Notes: a model not told the origin generated them from the sequence alone. 64,000 nucleotides of DNA from Macrostomum lignano (GCA_002269645.1 NIVC01001822.1:1-64000); one strand, 5' to 3'; numbered from the stretch's first letter, positions 51,951-63,960 are shown. Translations and numbers: made by a program.

Positions 51951-52432
51951 TGTGACACTGAGGCCCTCGGGTCGAGGCCGCGTACTTGATCAGATCCGAC
52001 AGTCTCTATCTAAACCGCGCTTGATAGCGACGACGTCAGACAAGGATGCCGAATCGTTACGCTACAAGACTAAAGCGGTTGGGCGGGGAACAAAGGTATG
52101 GACCGGGGGTGACGAATTCAAAACGCCTCAAAGCGCGAACCAAAGGGAAACAGGCCACCGGCCGGGAAGCTGGACAAAACCAAGAACCGGGAAAAGAAGG
52201 CGAGATCCGATTGCCAAATACACTTTCATATATAGTCAGAGTCAAACCCTCACACCCCCCCTCAAGCCGGGTGGTGGTCGTCTGGCCGGCCGCTTGCTTA
52301 AGCCGATTTGCACTGTGCCCGCGGCGCCGGGTAGAACTGGAACTTGCCGCGTGCCAGGGTCCAGGCCGGTTCTGATTGGCTGACCGCGCAAAGCTGGGGT
52401 TCGCAGAAAACTCAACCCTCCGCTGAGTCACA
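51951..52432 (-). mobile_element. LTR-like segment (solo LTR candidate), 482 bp, inside the foldback element
   Basis: TG...CA ends with a 6-bp inverted repeat TGTGAC/GTCACA and a TATA-like TATATATGAAAG on the minus strand. No TSD, PBS or PPT was recognised. Confidence 0.45.
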
Positions 52433-52596
52433 AATTTGGCGTCTAACTCTAACCTGTTTACAATTTTAGATTCTAACTAACAAGAGAAAAGTACATCAAA
52501 AACGCATGACTAACTAAAGCAAAATAATAATTCAATAACAATATAGAAACTAATACAATCAATTAACTAACAAAATACACGCAAAAGATGCTCACA

Positions 52597-53355
52597 CTAC
52601 ACATGCCTCGTTCGCGAGCGCAATGACATCGCTGGTTGGACCGACCTTGAAGATCTCTGGGGCTTCTGCGATCTCCGACGCATTGGTTTTAGTGGTCCAA
52701 GAGCGGGACACTCGTACTGTTGGGACTGCCGCTGTTCATCCAGCTCGAGCTGCCGCGGCTCCTCCTGCAGTGCGAGTTGCCGTTGGCCGTCCTGTATCTG
52801 CGGATGCCGCTGTTCATCCAGCTCGAGATGCCGCTGCTCGTCTTGCAGCGCGTGCTGCCGCTGCTCCTCATCAGTTGGGCGTGATCGCCGCTGCATGAAA
52901 CGCCGACGGTGCACAGTCGATTGTAGCTGACTGAAGCCGCGCGAGACAACGAGCAGAGAACGAAGAACAGACACATCACATGAAGAAATAAGGAGCCGAA
53001 AGCTCTGCAAAACTTGCTTCCGCAGTCGCTTTGAACTTTGAAAATGGTGACCCGGAATCTCTCGACGTAGGACAACTGACTGCGTCAGATGTGGCTTAGT
53101 TACACGCTGCAGCCAAGCAATGCCATTACCACGGTGGCCTTTGTTTCCACAACCATACACACCGTGCAAAAATGCAACCTTGCTAGGATCGGCTATTAAT
53201 TGGACAACAGACACTCGATCACGTCCGCACCTACGAAATCCGTCTCCGCACCTACACAAGGCAGAACAGCATCCGGTGGGCCTTGTAATAACTGGTCCTA
53301 GAATATGGAAGAGTGCGATTTTAGTCATCAAAAGAGTCAGGAAAGATGGCAACAT
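52597..53355 (-). CDS. Second, convergent ORF of the foldback element (unknown function, about 250 aa)
   Basis: Starts just inside the right arm. Hydrophobic N-terminus, CCSALCRC..C cluster, Q/E/R-rich 11-aa repeats (QRQ.ALQDE) and a basic C-terminus. Confidence 0.35.
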   Translation of the reverse strand: MLPSFLTLLMTKIALFHILGPVITRPTGCCSALCRCGDGFRRCGRDRVSVVQLIADPSKVAFLHGVYGCGNKGHRGNGIAWLQRVTKPHLTQSVVLRREIPGHHFQSSKRLRKQVLQSFRLLISSCDVSVLRSLLVVSRGFSQLQSTVHRRRFMQRRSRPTDEEQRQHALQDEQRHLELDEQRHPQIQDGQRQLALQEEPRQLELDEQRQSQQYECPALGPLKPMRRRSQKPQRSSRSVQPAMSLRSRTRHV

Positions 53356-53424
53356 GGCAGAAGTATCCCAAGAGTTGTACAAAAAGAGAACCTAAAAGTT
53401 CCTACGAGTCTCGCAATTTAACAT

Positions 53425-53712
53425 TCTTGGTATGGAGTTGGTATGGTGTTGGTATACAGTTGGTATAGTTGGTATGTAGTTGGTATGCAGTTGGTATGCA
53501 GTTGGTATGCAGTTGGCATACAGTTGGTATGGAGTTGGTATGCAGTTGGCATGTTGGTATGGAGTTGGTATGGTGTTGGCATGTTGGTATGGAGTTGGTA
53601 TGCAGTTGGCATATTGGTATGGAGTTGATATGGTGTTTGTATACAGTTGGTATACAGTTGGTATACAGTTGGCATGTCAGTATGGAGTTGGTATGCTATT
53701 GGTGTGCAGTTG
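53425..53712. repeat. Inner tandem domain of the right foldback arm
   Basis: Reverse complement of the 45395-46680 modules, but only about 290 bp long. Confidence 0.93.
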
Positions 53713-56700
53713 GCCATAATCTCACCTCTGGACACACATGTTAGAAGCTGTATTTAAATCTCAGTGTGAAACCTTTTTTATATATAAGGTTGATATATAT
53801 AAAACCTATATAAACATATTTCTCTGACACTAGTTACTAGATTTCTTAAAAACTATAAACCTTCTATAGGTATCAGTTTCTAGAACAAAATTTTGATTAA
53901 TGAATGAATGAAATGGCAAGTTTTTAAAAGCAATTGTAACAAATAATTTAGGGATTTACTTTGGAAAGTCAGATTGGAGTTAAGACTAATTTTATTTGAG
54001 CTTCAACTTACAACAATTTTTAAGCTTACTGGCAAATTTACAATTAGAATTTTAAGAGAAAATAAACCTTGCCCAAAAGTATAAATCTACACATATTTTT
54101 TGTCAAACAAAAGCAAAAATATTTCAAATTATAAGCCTCTTTTCTTGGAGCATGCCAAAAATTCACTTTTTTCAAATTTTGCCTTAAGTGATTCTTTTGT
54201 TTTATATTTAATGCCCACAATGGTTTTATTATATTCTATCCATATCTTTATCCTTCATTTCTATATAAGACTTAATAGGTTTATGTTTCCTGGTTTCTAC
54301 ATTGAAATATTTGTAGTGAACATTATTTTTTTCAAGTAAAGTAAATACTTTTTGATTTATCTAAGCAAATATATTGGGAATATAATATAGCCTTAAATAA
54401 AAGAGTATACAATTATACACTATGTAGATTTTTTTTATTTTTTAAGGCTGGCATGCTAAATCTAACTTCACGTGGGCACTTTGAAATAGTAAAATGGAGA
54501 AAACAGTTATACCATAGGGTAATCCTCAACCTTGATCATTTTTATACAAAATCTGAAAATGTTGGCAAATGTACATATGGCATCTTGATTATTATATTTC
54601 CATCTGCATATACATGTTTAGATGTATACATGCATCCAAATTTTGACGAAAAACCCTGATCCATACAACACAAATACTTCAGCATTGGAAAAGCAACAGT
54701 TTCTCTTTTTAAAAACCTTGCAACCCTAAGTGACAGTGTCACAAATGTCCGAGACAAAACAATATGTTGCACGATTTAAAACGGATAGTTTTATTTTCCA
54801 ATGATTCACTAAAAGCTTGAACTTTTAACTTCAACTAAAATGTACAAATACTTGAGGTTCGTCTCCTTGTACGCTTTTAATACCTCAGTGAACTATTTAG
54901 CACACTGCAGCTAATCGTTGTACACGATGCATGTGCACGCTACGCGATAAAAGCCATAATTTGAAAGTCTGGAACGAGTGCACAAAAACAAAATTTCAAA
55001 ATTAAAACTATGCATGGACTGCTTTATTTCATTAAATATGAATTAGGAAGTGTCCTAGACAAATTTAATGCTTGTTCCTAACCGTACGACAGAAACTAAA
55101 GTGTCTGTAGAAGTGTCTGAATAAGTGTCGGCGAATGTTTCATACGTGATAACATTCAAATCTATTACTTTTTTATGCTGCGTTTCATTTATGTGTGTAC
55201 AGAAGTTCAGCCTAATATTTTAACTTCAAACTTTGAAATTAATTTACAGTTAGCTAAGTTTAACAGCCATTTTTTCAACTTTTTTGATCGTGCTTTGTTA
55301 AAGTGCAATGAATTCAAACGCCAGTTTAACTTGGAAGCGATCTTTACTCTCATTCCTAGATAAACCTTGAATATTCACAGTTTAACTTGGAATTTAACCA
55401 GGAATCGGCTTCAATTTTTTAAGCGGGGAGTGGTGTGCAAATCATTAGACTTAGACCGATTTTGTGATCAACATTTACATCAAATTTTGTCCTTTTGTGT
55501 TACATTGGTCGTGTGATTTGATGGCTCGTTTGATGACAGGGTGATTGGGCCTTGCCTTTAGGCTTAAGCGTGGCAAAACATTAAATTATCATGCAGTAGC
55601 AGATTCGAGATAGGGAGGTGCAACAGGCCCCAGGGCAGCTGGCAGCATAGGATGTGTGCCCTCTGATTTCTATCTATTTCTGCTCTTAGTTTTAAATCAT
55701 TTCCATGCTCAAAATGGCCTTCTTTACAAATTTTGTTTAACCAATTAAGCTGTTCTAATTTAGATTTTGCCTCTGAGTCTGATTATGAATTGATGATTTA
55801 TTTTTCTATTGTCTTTTGTTTGTAGCCTTGCTCTTAAGAATTCTTTTTCTTTTGATAGCTAACTGCTTCAGCAGTTGTAGCATTTTCCTAGTTATCTCTA
55901 TAATTGTTTCCTTCATTGAATTTGGTTGATTGTAAAGAATAAAAAGTATAGGCCTATCTTTTATGAGTAATTTGAACTTTTTCAGCTTCTCATGTAAACA
56001 AATATATGAATTTGGCAATATAATGATTTTGCTTCTATACAAGCATGCATATAAAAGTTTTAAAAGTGCTATTTGAGGTTTTCAATTTTAGAAAAATGCT
56101 AAAATAATTGAAGAAAAAAATTTGATACATTCAAAATTCATAAAAAAGTTGAGTATAAGGAAAAAAAAACTTTCATTTCTTTTGCATTCTTATTATTCAG
56201 ATACAGGGTTATATATACCATTACCATGAAGTGTATGATAGAAGTAGATAGTGCCCATGATAGATCTTACAGGCCTTTAGGCTATTAATGATATTCACTT
56301 TACACAGAATAAGCCAGCTTGCAAAATTATCTACTTCTTAGTAAAAGAAGTAACTAAAATAATCATAGTAACACAATTGAATAGTCATTATATTTACCTA
56401 TTGCAAATTGAGCTTCAATAGAAATACAATAAGTTGAAACATTTTTTTATTTGCATGAGTACCCCAAATGCAATATCAACTGTCTTTTCATCAATAAGGG
56501 GCATAAATGTGCAACCCACCTGATTTACACTGGCTATCCAACTTCCTTTTTGACCAAAAATGCAGCTTACGTGTGAAAGAAATCCTAAAGCAAATTTTAT
56601 GCACTTTTGGGTTAATAACAGGAGTAACTATGACTGTCTTATTAAGGATAAATGCTTCGTCATCTAATTAGTACTATGTCTTCTTCGGGTAGGCACTTTT

Positions 56701-56918
56701 GCAACTGATCTTGGCTGGGTCAGCCAGGTGTTGCGCGTGTATAATCAGGGAATGCTTTTAGTTTTCAAAACTGCTATTTTTATAAAGACTGTATGCCAAT
56801 AAACTCTTTAAAGACATGGAATTTATGTTTGAACTTGTATCAGTATAACCGTCTTGTAAGTCAAACCTTTAATTAATGCTTCTGAATAATATTCGAGGAC
56901 TTAATATTACCTGCAGCC

Positions 56919-59900
56919 ATGCCATGGCTACAAGAGGAGATTAACGAGAAGAGAACTGCCCGCCTGCACCAGAGCATGAGCCTGCGGGTGCTGCAGGAGT
57001 CGGTGAAGTCTGGCCAGCGCTATGCGACTTACAAGCGAGGCACAAAGGCGGAGCGACTGAAGCGCCTGGAAGAGAAGCACATGGCAGCCCTGTGCGGCGT
57101 GGTTGTGTACAGCGCAGCGAAGCGGAGCGGCCAGGAGTGCGCGGAGGTCGTCAAGCCGGAGAAGGCCGAGGCGGCAGAGTCAGCAGCCGAAGATTCGGTG
57201 GCAGAGTCAGCAGGCGATGAGGCAGCGGCTGTGAAGGCGGAACCAGCAGCGGCGGCCTCTGAAGCAGCGGACGAGACGGCACCAGCTGATGACGGCAGGC
57301 GGAGGTCGAAGAAGCCGCGCCGATTCATCGACGAAGAGGAGAGCGGCGGGGAGCGTCGAAAGCAGCCGCAGCAGCAGCAGCAGCCGGTGATGGCGGAGGA
57401 GGCGTCACGGCAGCAAAAGAAGAAGGCGGGCAAACAGAAGCGCCGATCGACCAGCGAGGGAGCAGCCGGCAGTGGCGGCGCCTCATCAGCAGAGAAAAAG
57501 CAGCGACGGCGAAAGCGGAAGAGCGACGCTCTGCCTGAGGCGGCGGCAGTGAAGGAAGAGCAGCTGGCGGGTGATGAGGCGGCAGGGAAGCTGGAGACTG
57601 CAGCGGTGGCAGAGCCGAAGCGAAAGGCAAAGATGAAGATTGCGGACTCGAGTGTTGAGGAGGCAGAGGGCGGATCGATTTACTGCAGCGTGTGTGGATG
57701 CGCAGCTCTGCTGATCTCGCTGCAGGGCAAGATTGACATCTGCAAGACCTGCTACACGGCCTTCACTGCTAGTCTTCGCTCAGCCAGTCAGCAGAGCGAT
57801 TTGGAGTGCGACTGCGGAGGCTGTGCCAAGTGCAGGGCTGTTGCTGTGCTCAAATCGGGCATCGATCTGTCTGTCTACTCAGTTGCTAAGGGCTTTCCCA
57901 GCTGGGTGAGTCGCTACGGAGAGCGACCAAAGCCTCAGGCTGATTCTGCTGAATCAGGTGGCAAGAAAGCTGTAAAGATAAAGAGGCCATCAGTTGAAGC
58001 AGCTCAGCGAATGGGCTCTCTGTATGACTCGGTGAGTCGGGGCCAACTGCGGCAGTGCGTGCAGGCAGTGACTGGAGACACGGGATCCGTGGCAGTGGAT
58101 GTGCCGCAGGAGATGTCGAACAGAGAAGAGGCTTGGCGTGATGGAGTAGCCGTATTCGGTCGGAAGGGATCTGTGCCCGATATAAGCCAGCCGCAGTGCT
58201 TATTGTGCGGTAGCGGTGGTGCAGAGCAGGATCTGATGCTGAGATGCAGCTGCTGTACTGAGCAGTTTCACCTGTACTGCCTGTCTGTATGCGAGCGGCC
58301 TCTGTGGTCCGGCCTGACACCTTGGCGATGCGCCCGTTGCCTTGTGTGCCGAGTGTGCAAGCGGTCTGGGACAGCGTGTCGCAGCTGCATCAAGTGCGGG
58401 GCTGCCTACCATCCAGACTGTCTTGAAGAGAGTCGAGGGTACAGCGTGAAGGACTGGCAGCTGTGCTGCGACTGTGCAGCCTGTAAGCACTGCGGCAAAG
58501 TATTCAGCGATGACTGGTCAGACTGGGACAACTTGTGCCAGCACTGCGAGAGCACGGAGGTGACTTGCCACGAGTGCCATCGGGTCACCTCTCTGATTGG
58601 CAATTCATTGGCGTGCTCCACCCCAGACTGCAAGAATGTGGTGCACGCCACCTGCGCTGGCATCAATGACGAGCTGTACCACGTGTACCTGGTGAACGAG
58701 CAGCTGGACTTTTTCTGTCGGGACTGCGACTCTCGGGGCTTCCACGCTCTGAAGGCCGCCTGCGTGAAGGACCTCCGAGCCAGGATCCGCGCCCTGAGCG
58801 AGAGCCTCGGACTGCCGTCTCGGCCTCAGCAGCTGGACGGCGTCCTGGACGACATTGATGAGGCCAGGCATGAGGCTGCGGCTGAGAAGATCTTCTGCAG
58901 GATGCCTCCGTACCAGGAGTTCAGCTCGGGACACGACCTGGTCAAAGCCATCATCATTGAGCTCATCGAGGCCTGCAAGGTAAGCTGAGAAGGGGAACCA
59001 TTCTTTGTTACTGCCAGACGCAGACCCTAGGCAGAAGCCTTCCTTTTCTGCTCCTAGTAGTAGATCCTCAGCAAACCATTGCACTTCCAAAAGCAAGGCA
59101 GTCTTCTTCCCCTAGCTGAGCGAATCGCTCTTCAGGTTCAGGGGCAGATTCAGAGTAATCCTGGGCTACCAGAAGCATTCTGTAGTACTGCTAGAAGCAG
59201 ACCGTGACCAGAAGCCCTCCTTTTCTGCTTCTAGCAGTAGATCCTCATCAGACCATTGCACTCCCAAAAGCACCCCCGCCTATTAATAAGTGAAGTAGAG
59301 AGCTTTAGCTTCCCGATTTAGGCACTGAAGCTTTACGAGTGGCAATTCTAAGTCTCGAGCCTCTTCCTGCGGAAGCCTTCTTAGTAACTCTTTAGTAGCG
59401 TCGGTAGTGCTGCCACCAGTCCGTCTGGTCTCGTCTCCGCCTTAGGTGAGGTGAGCTTCTGTCGGGACGAAAGAAACAAGTCGAGCGAACACAGCACAAT
59501 GTGCAGATTTGCAGCTTACGAACAATGCGTCTCGTCAGTAGATCGTGCTTTTGGGGTTGGCATCAGATGGGTCTCAGACCAATAGCAGTGAATTGAACGT
59601 ACACTCAAACAGAGAATCATAGAGAACGATGAACAACTGGAATGATGAATCAATCCCTGACAGAAACAAGGGTGAAGGGGGGGTCCAATATTCATAGCGC
59701 TGGATTCTCCACTGCCCCAACGCACAAGACCTCGTGACTTTGTTCTATTTTTAGAACTGACGTCACTCTGGGTCTCCGGGCAGAGTGCACTATACTGTGA
59801 CGCAGTGTCTATTTTTAGAAACATGAGTCACTCCTTTCCTTAGAGAAGGGAAGAGCCTTAGGCACGTGACTCTCACATAAACAGGGACCAACAGTAAACA

Positions 59901-62823
59901 TGTTTACTGCACTTTGAAGACTACGAGGAGGCAAGACTTGTCATGTGACTGCTCGCATGATGACAAGGGAAACAGGCCACCAGCGACCACAGGACAGGAG
60001 CAAACGAGAGCGCAGAAAACGGAAAGAGGGAGGCAGAAAAAAGAAAAAAAGGGAACAGCAAACAGGCAGACCAGAGGGAGCGGGAAGCTGACCAGCGGCA
60101 GACTGACTAAGTGCGACGCCTAACACCAACTAGCGGATCACTACATAAGCAATCCTTTTCTGCTACTAGCAGCAGACCGCAGCAGACACCAGCAACCTCT
60201 CCATCCACAGATTCCGAAGAAGTTGCCGGACTGTGCGCTGCTGTCAACGGCCCTGGAAGAAGGAGTTGCTGCGCTGTTCTCGTGGCTTCGCCTTGCTGAT
60301 CTCCGCGCGGAGGTCCTGGATGCAGCGCCGAAGCGCCCGGAGCCGGTTGACGCTGACACGTTGAGCTGCTCGATGGTGAAGGAGTGCCGGGAGCTGTCAG
60401 TGAGGAAGCTGAGAGAGGCGACTGCAGTTGATGGAGCTGGCGAATGCGAGCTGTGCGGTCAGAGGAAGCAGGACTCGGTGCTGGGGCGGCTGCTGCCAAG
60501 CGCGCGGACCTCCTGGATTCACGCGGGCTGCGCGCTGTTCTCGCCGGAGATTCGAGTTGACGAGAGCGACTGCATTCAGGGAGTTCGGGCTGCTGTGCGC
60601 AGAGCTCGGGGCAACAGGTGCTCAGAGTGCGGCAAGGTGGGAGCGAGCATCGATTGTCTGAGCCTGTCGTGTCCTCGGGTTTGTCACCTTGGCTGCGCCC
60701 TGACGTCTGGCTGGCAGTTCAGCGACCTCTGCGAGTGCCGCTGCAGCGACTGCGCCGACATTGCAGAGTTTGCAGGCTGCGACCTTCCGCCCAGCGACTT
60801 TGGCCGCCTGTTGTGCCAGCGGCTGGTGGTGGGTGCAGCGGACCAGAGCCTCTGCGAGGTGTCCCTGCCGCCTGATGAGGTGACCGTCAGGATTGGCGGC
60901 CTGTTGATCACCCGGCTTGGCTGCCTGCGTGCAGAGTCCGGCTCCATGGGCACCGTGCTGCTGCCTGTGGGCTTTAGGGCCCAGCGCCAGTTCTGGAGCA
61001 TCCGGGAGGCTGGCAAGATCAGCATCTACGACTGGAGACTGCAGGCTGAGTCTGGCAAGGTGCGCTTTGTGCTGGCGTCTCGCGAAGAGTCCTTGCGACT
61101 GTGCGCCTCCCATCCAGTCATGGTGATGAGGCGGCTGTGCCAGATGGTGGGCGAGTGCTGGAGTGAGCAGGCTCCCGCTGAGTGTTTGACTTTGCGTGTT
61201 GGTGAGTTTTGATTTTGTTTATTTTTTTCAGGCTCTTTTGCACTGTATGAAATCAATAAAATAGCCAAGATTTTCGCTAGTAATCAGATCTACATTCCAA
61301 ATCCCATGCATCCCAAATCCCATTCATCTCAAATCCCAACATCTCAAATCCCATGCATCCCAAATCCCATGCATCCCAAATCCCATTCATCTCAAATCCC
61401 ATGCATCTCAAATCCCATGCATCCCAAATCCCATTCATCTCAAATCCCATGCATCTCAAATCCCATGCATCTCAAATCCCATGCATCTCAAATCCCATTC
61501 ATCTCAAATCCCATGCATCTCAAATCCCATGCATCTCAAATCCCATGCATCTCAAATCCCATGCATCTCAAATCCCATGCATCTCAAATCCCATGCATCT
61601 CAAATCCCATGCATCTCAAATCCCATGCATCTCAAATCCCATTCATCTCAAATCCCATGCATCTCAAATCCCATGCATCTCAAATCCCATGCATCTCAAA
61701 TCCCATGCATCTCAAATCCCATGCATCTCAAATCCCATGCATTCTAAATCCCATGCATCTCAAATCCCATGCATCTCAAATCCCATGCATTCTAAATCCC
61801 ATGCATCTCAAATCCCATGCATCTCAAATCCCATGCATCTCAAATCCCATGCACCCCCCTCTGAAAGCCAAAGTCACCTATTTATAAAAAAGTCCACACT
61901 CCCCAAAATTGAAGCATGCCGGTTATTTACTTTAACAACATTTATATTTCCTTATTTTATAGTCTACGAGTACATCACACAGATCTTATGCGTTCATGAT
62001 CTGTGCACTTTTAACGAATCAATTAATTGTAAATTTCTCACCCCTCCATTAATTCCTAACTCCCGCAGGCAACGGCTGGAGTTCAGTAGGAATTGTCCAT
62101 CCCAGAGTTGTGTGGTGCCTGGAACAGCTGGGATTCTGCAGCGGCTACTCCCCCATCTACCTGATCCACCGCTGGGCGCAGCTGCGCAAGCAGGAGTCTT
62201 CGCCAAACGCCAGCGGCTGCGCCCGCTCAGAGCCGTTCAAGGCAGCCAGTAGGCCGGAGGCCTCAGCGGGCAACTCGCAGTTGAAGCGCACCTTCAGCTT
62301 CCTGCTGAGCTCAGCCCGCAGGCCCGTGACGACAGTTGAGCAGCAGTGCAGCGAGGAGGCTGCGGTGGCCACAGTTCGCAACCAGATTCGTGTGGCCCGC
62401 AGTGAGCATTGGCAGTGCAGAGTCCAGGTGCTACCATCCAGTATCCATGGCCTGGGCCTGTTCGCTGTGCGGCCGTTTGCGAAGGCCGAGTTCATAGTTG
62501 AGTACACTGGAGAGCTCATCAGAGCCAGCCTGTCTGAGGCCAAGGAGAAATTCTACCAGAGCCGCAACATTGACTGCTACCTGTTCAAGGTGAACTGGCA
62601 GTGGGTGATTGACGCCAGCATGAAGGGTGGCCCAGCGCGCTTCATCAACCACAGCTGCTCACCAAACTGCGTGACTCGAGTCATGGACCAGCGAATTCTG
62701 ATAGTTGCTGGGCGGGACATCGCGGCTGGAGAGGAGCTGACGTACGATTACCGGTTTGATAAGGAGGAGGACAAGGTGGCCTGTCACTGCGGGTCCGTGA
62801 GCTGCAGGAAGTTCCTCAACTGA
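56919..62823 (+). CDS. trx: Compact trithorax/KMT2-type methyltransferase, copy 2 (exons 56919-58979, 59064-59154, 60176-61201, 62069-62823)
   Basis: Inverted paralog of 32319-37970 with the same domains, except that no AT-hook N-terminus is seen. The small exon 59064-59154 is inferred from splice phase. Confidence 0.87.
61285..61855. repeat. 16-bp minisatellite (ATCTCAAATCCCATGC)n in the last intron of trx copy 2
   Basis: About 35 units. Confidence 0.95.
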
Positions 62824-63960
62824 TTGAGTAGCTTTTGAGCTGACTGGGGTATTTTGGTTGAGTAGGATGGAGTGACTCAGCTGAGTGAGTAGCTTTTGAG
62901 TAGACTGGGGTGTTTTGGTTGAGTAGGATTGAGTGACTCAGCTGAGTGAGTAGCTTTTGAGCTGACTAGAGTGTTTTGGTTGAGTGACTCAGCTGAGTGA
63001 GTAGCTTTTGAGCTGACTGGGGTGTTTTGGTTGAGTAGGATTGAGTGACTCAGCTGAGTGAGTAGCTTTTGAGCTGACTGGGGTGTTTTGGTTGAGTAGG
63101 ATTGAGTGACTCAGCTGAGTGAGTAGCTTTTGAGCTGACTGGGGTGTTTCGGTTGAGTAGGATTGAGTGACTCAGCTGAGTGAGTAGCTTTTGAGCTGAC
63201 TGGGGTGTTTCGGTTGAGTAGGATTGAGTGACTCAGCTGAGTGAGTAGCTTTTGAGCTGACTGGGGTGTTTCGGTTGAGTAGGATTGAGTGACTCAGCTG
63301 AGTGAGTAGCTTTTGAGCTGACTGGGGTGTTTCGGTTGAGTAGGATTGAGTGACTCAGCTGAGTGAGTAGCTTTTGAGCTGACTGGGGTGTTTCGGTTGA
63401 GTAGGATTGAGTGACTCAGCTGAGTGAGTAGCTTTTGAGCTGACTGGGGTGTTTCGGTTGAGTAGGATTGAGTGACTCAGCTGAGTGAGTAGCTTTTGAG
63501 CTGACTGGGGTGTTTCGGTTGAGTAGAACTGAGTGACTCAGCTGAGTGAGTAGCTTTTGAGCTGACTGGGTATTTCGGTTGAGTAGGATTGAGTGACTCA
63601 GCTGATTGAGTAGCTTTTGAGCTGACTGGGGTGTTTTGGTTGAGTAGGATTGAGTGACTCAGCTGATTGAGTAGCTTTTGAGCTGACTGGGTGTTTCGGT
63701 TGAGTAGGATTGAGTGACTCAGCTGAGTGAGTAGCTTTTGAGCTGACTGGGGTGTTTTGGTTGAGTAGGATTGAGTGACTCAGCTGAGTGAGTAGCTTTT
63801 GAGCTGACTGGGTATTTCGGTTGAGTAGGATTGAGTGACTCAGCTGAGTGAGTAGCTTTTGAGCTGACTGGGTATTTCGGTTGAGTAGGATTGAGTGGCT
63901 CAGCTGAGTGAGTAGTAGTTTTGGTTGTTTTTGGTTGAGTAGGGCTTAATGACTCAGCTG
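62820..63960. repeat. 61-bp tandem array, about 18 copies, inverted counterpart of 30497-32318
   Basis: Reverse-complement units start at the trx copy 2 stop codon. Confidence 0.96.

Larger units (their letters stand above)
43961..55147 (+). mobile_element. Foldback-type Mutator (NOF-like) element, 11187 bp
   Basis: Termini ACGTATGAAACATTCGCCGACAC...GTGTCGGCGAATGTTTCATACGT with 8-bp TSD GATAACAT (43953-43960, 55148-55155). Near-identical inverted arms 43961-45394 and 53713-55147, plus inner tandem arrays. Confidence 0.93.

Noticed and set aside
43961-55147. Foldback element as the direct cause of the trx inversion
   Set aside because: Its matching TSD indicates a simple insertion, the duplication breakpoints are kilobases from its ends, and its arms are far more similar to each other than the trx introns are.
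30497-63960. Inverted trx copies as a pure assembly artefact
   Set aside because: The copies have different introns, different N-termini and clustered synonymous differences. Local cross-polishing is still possible.
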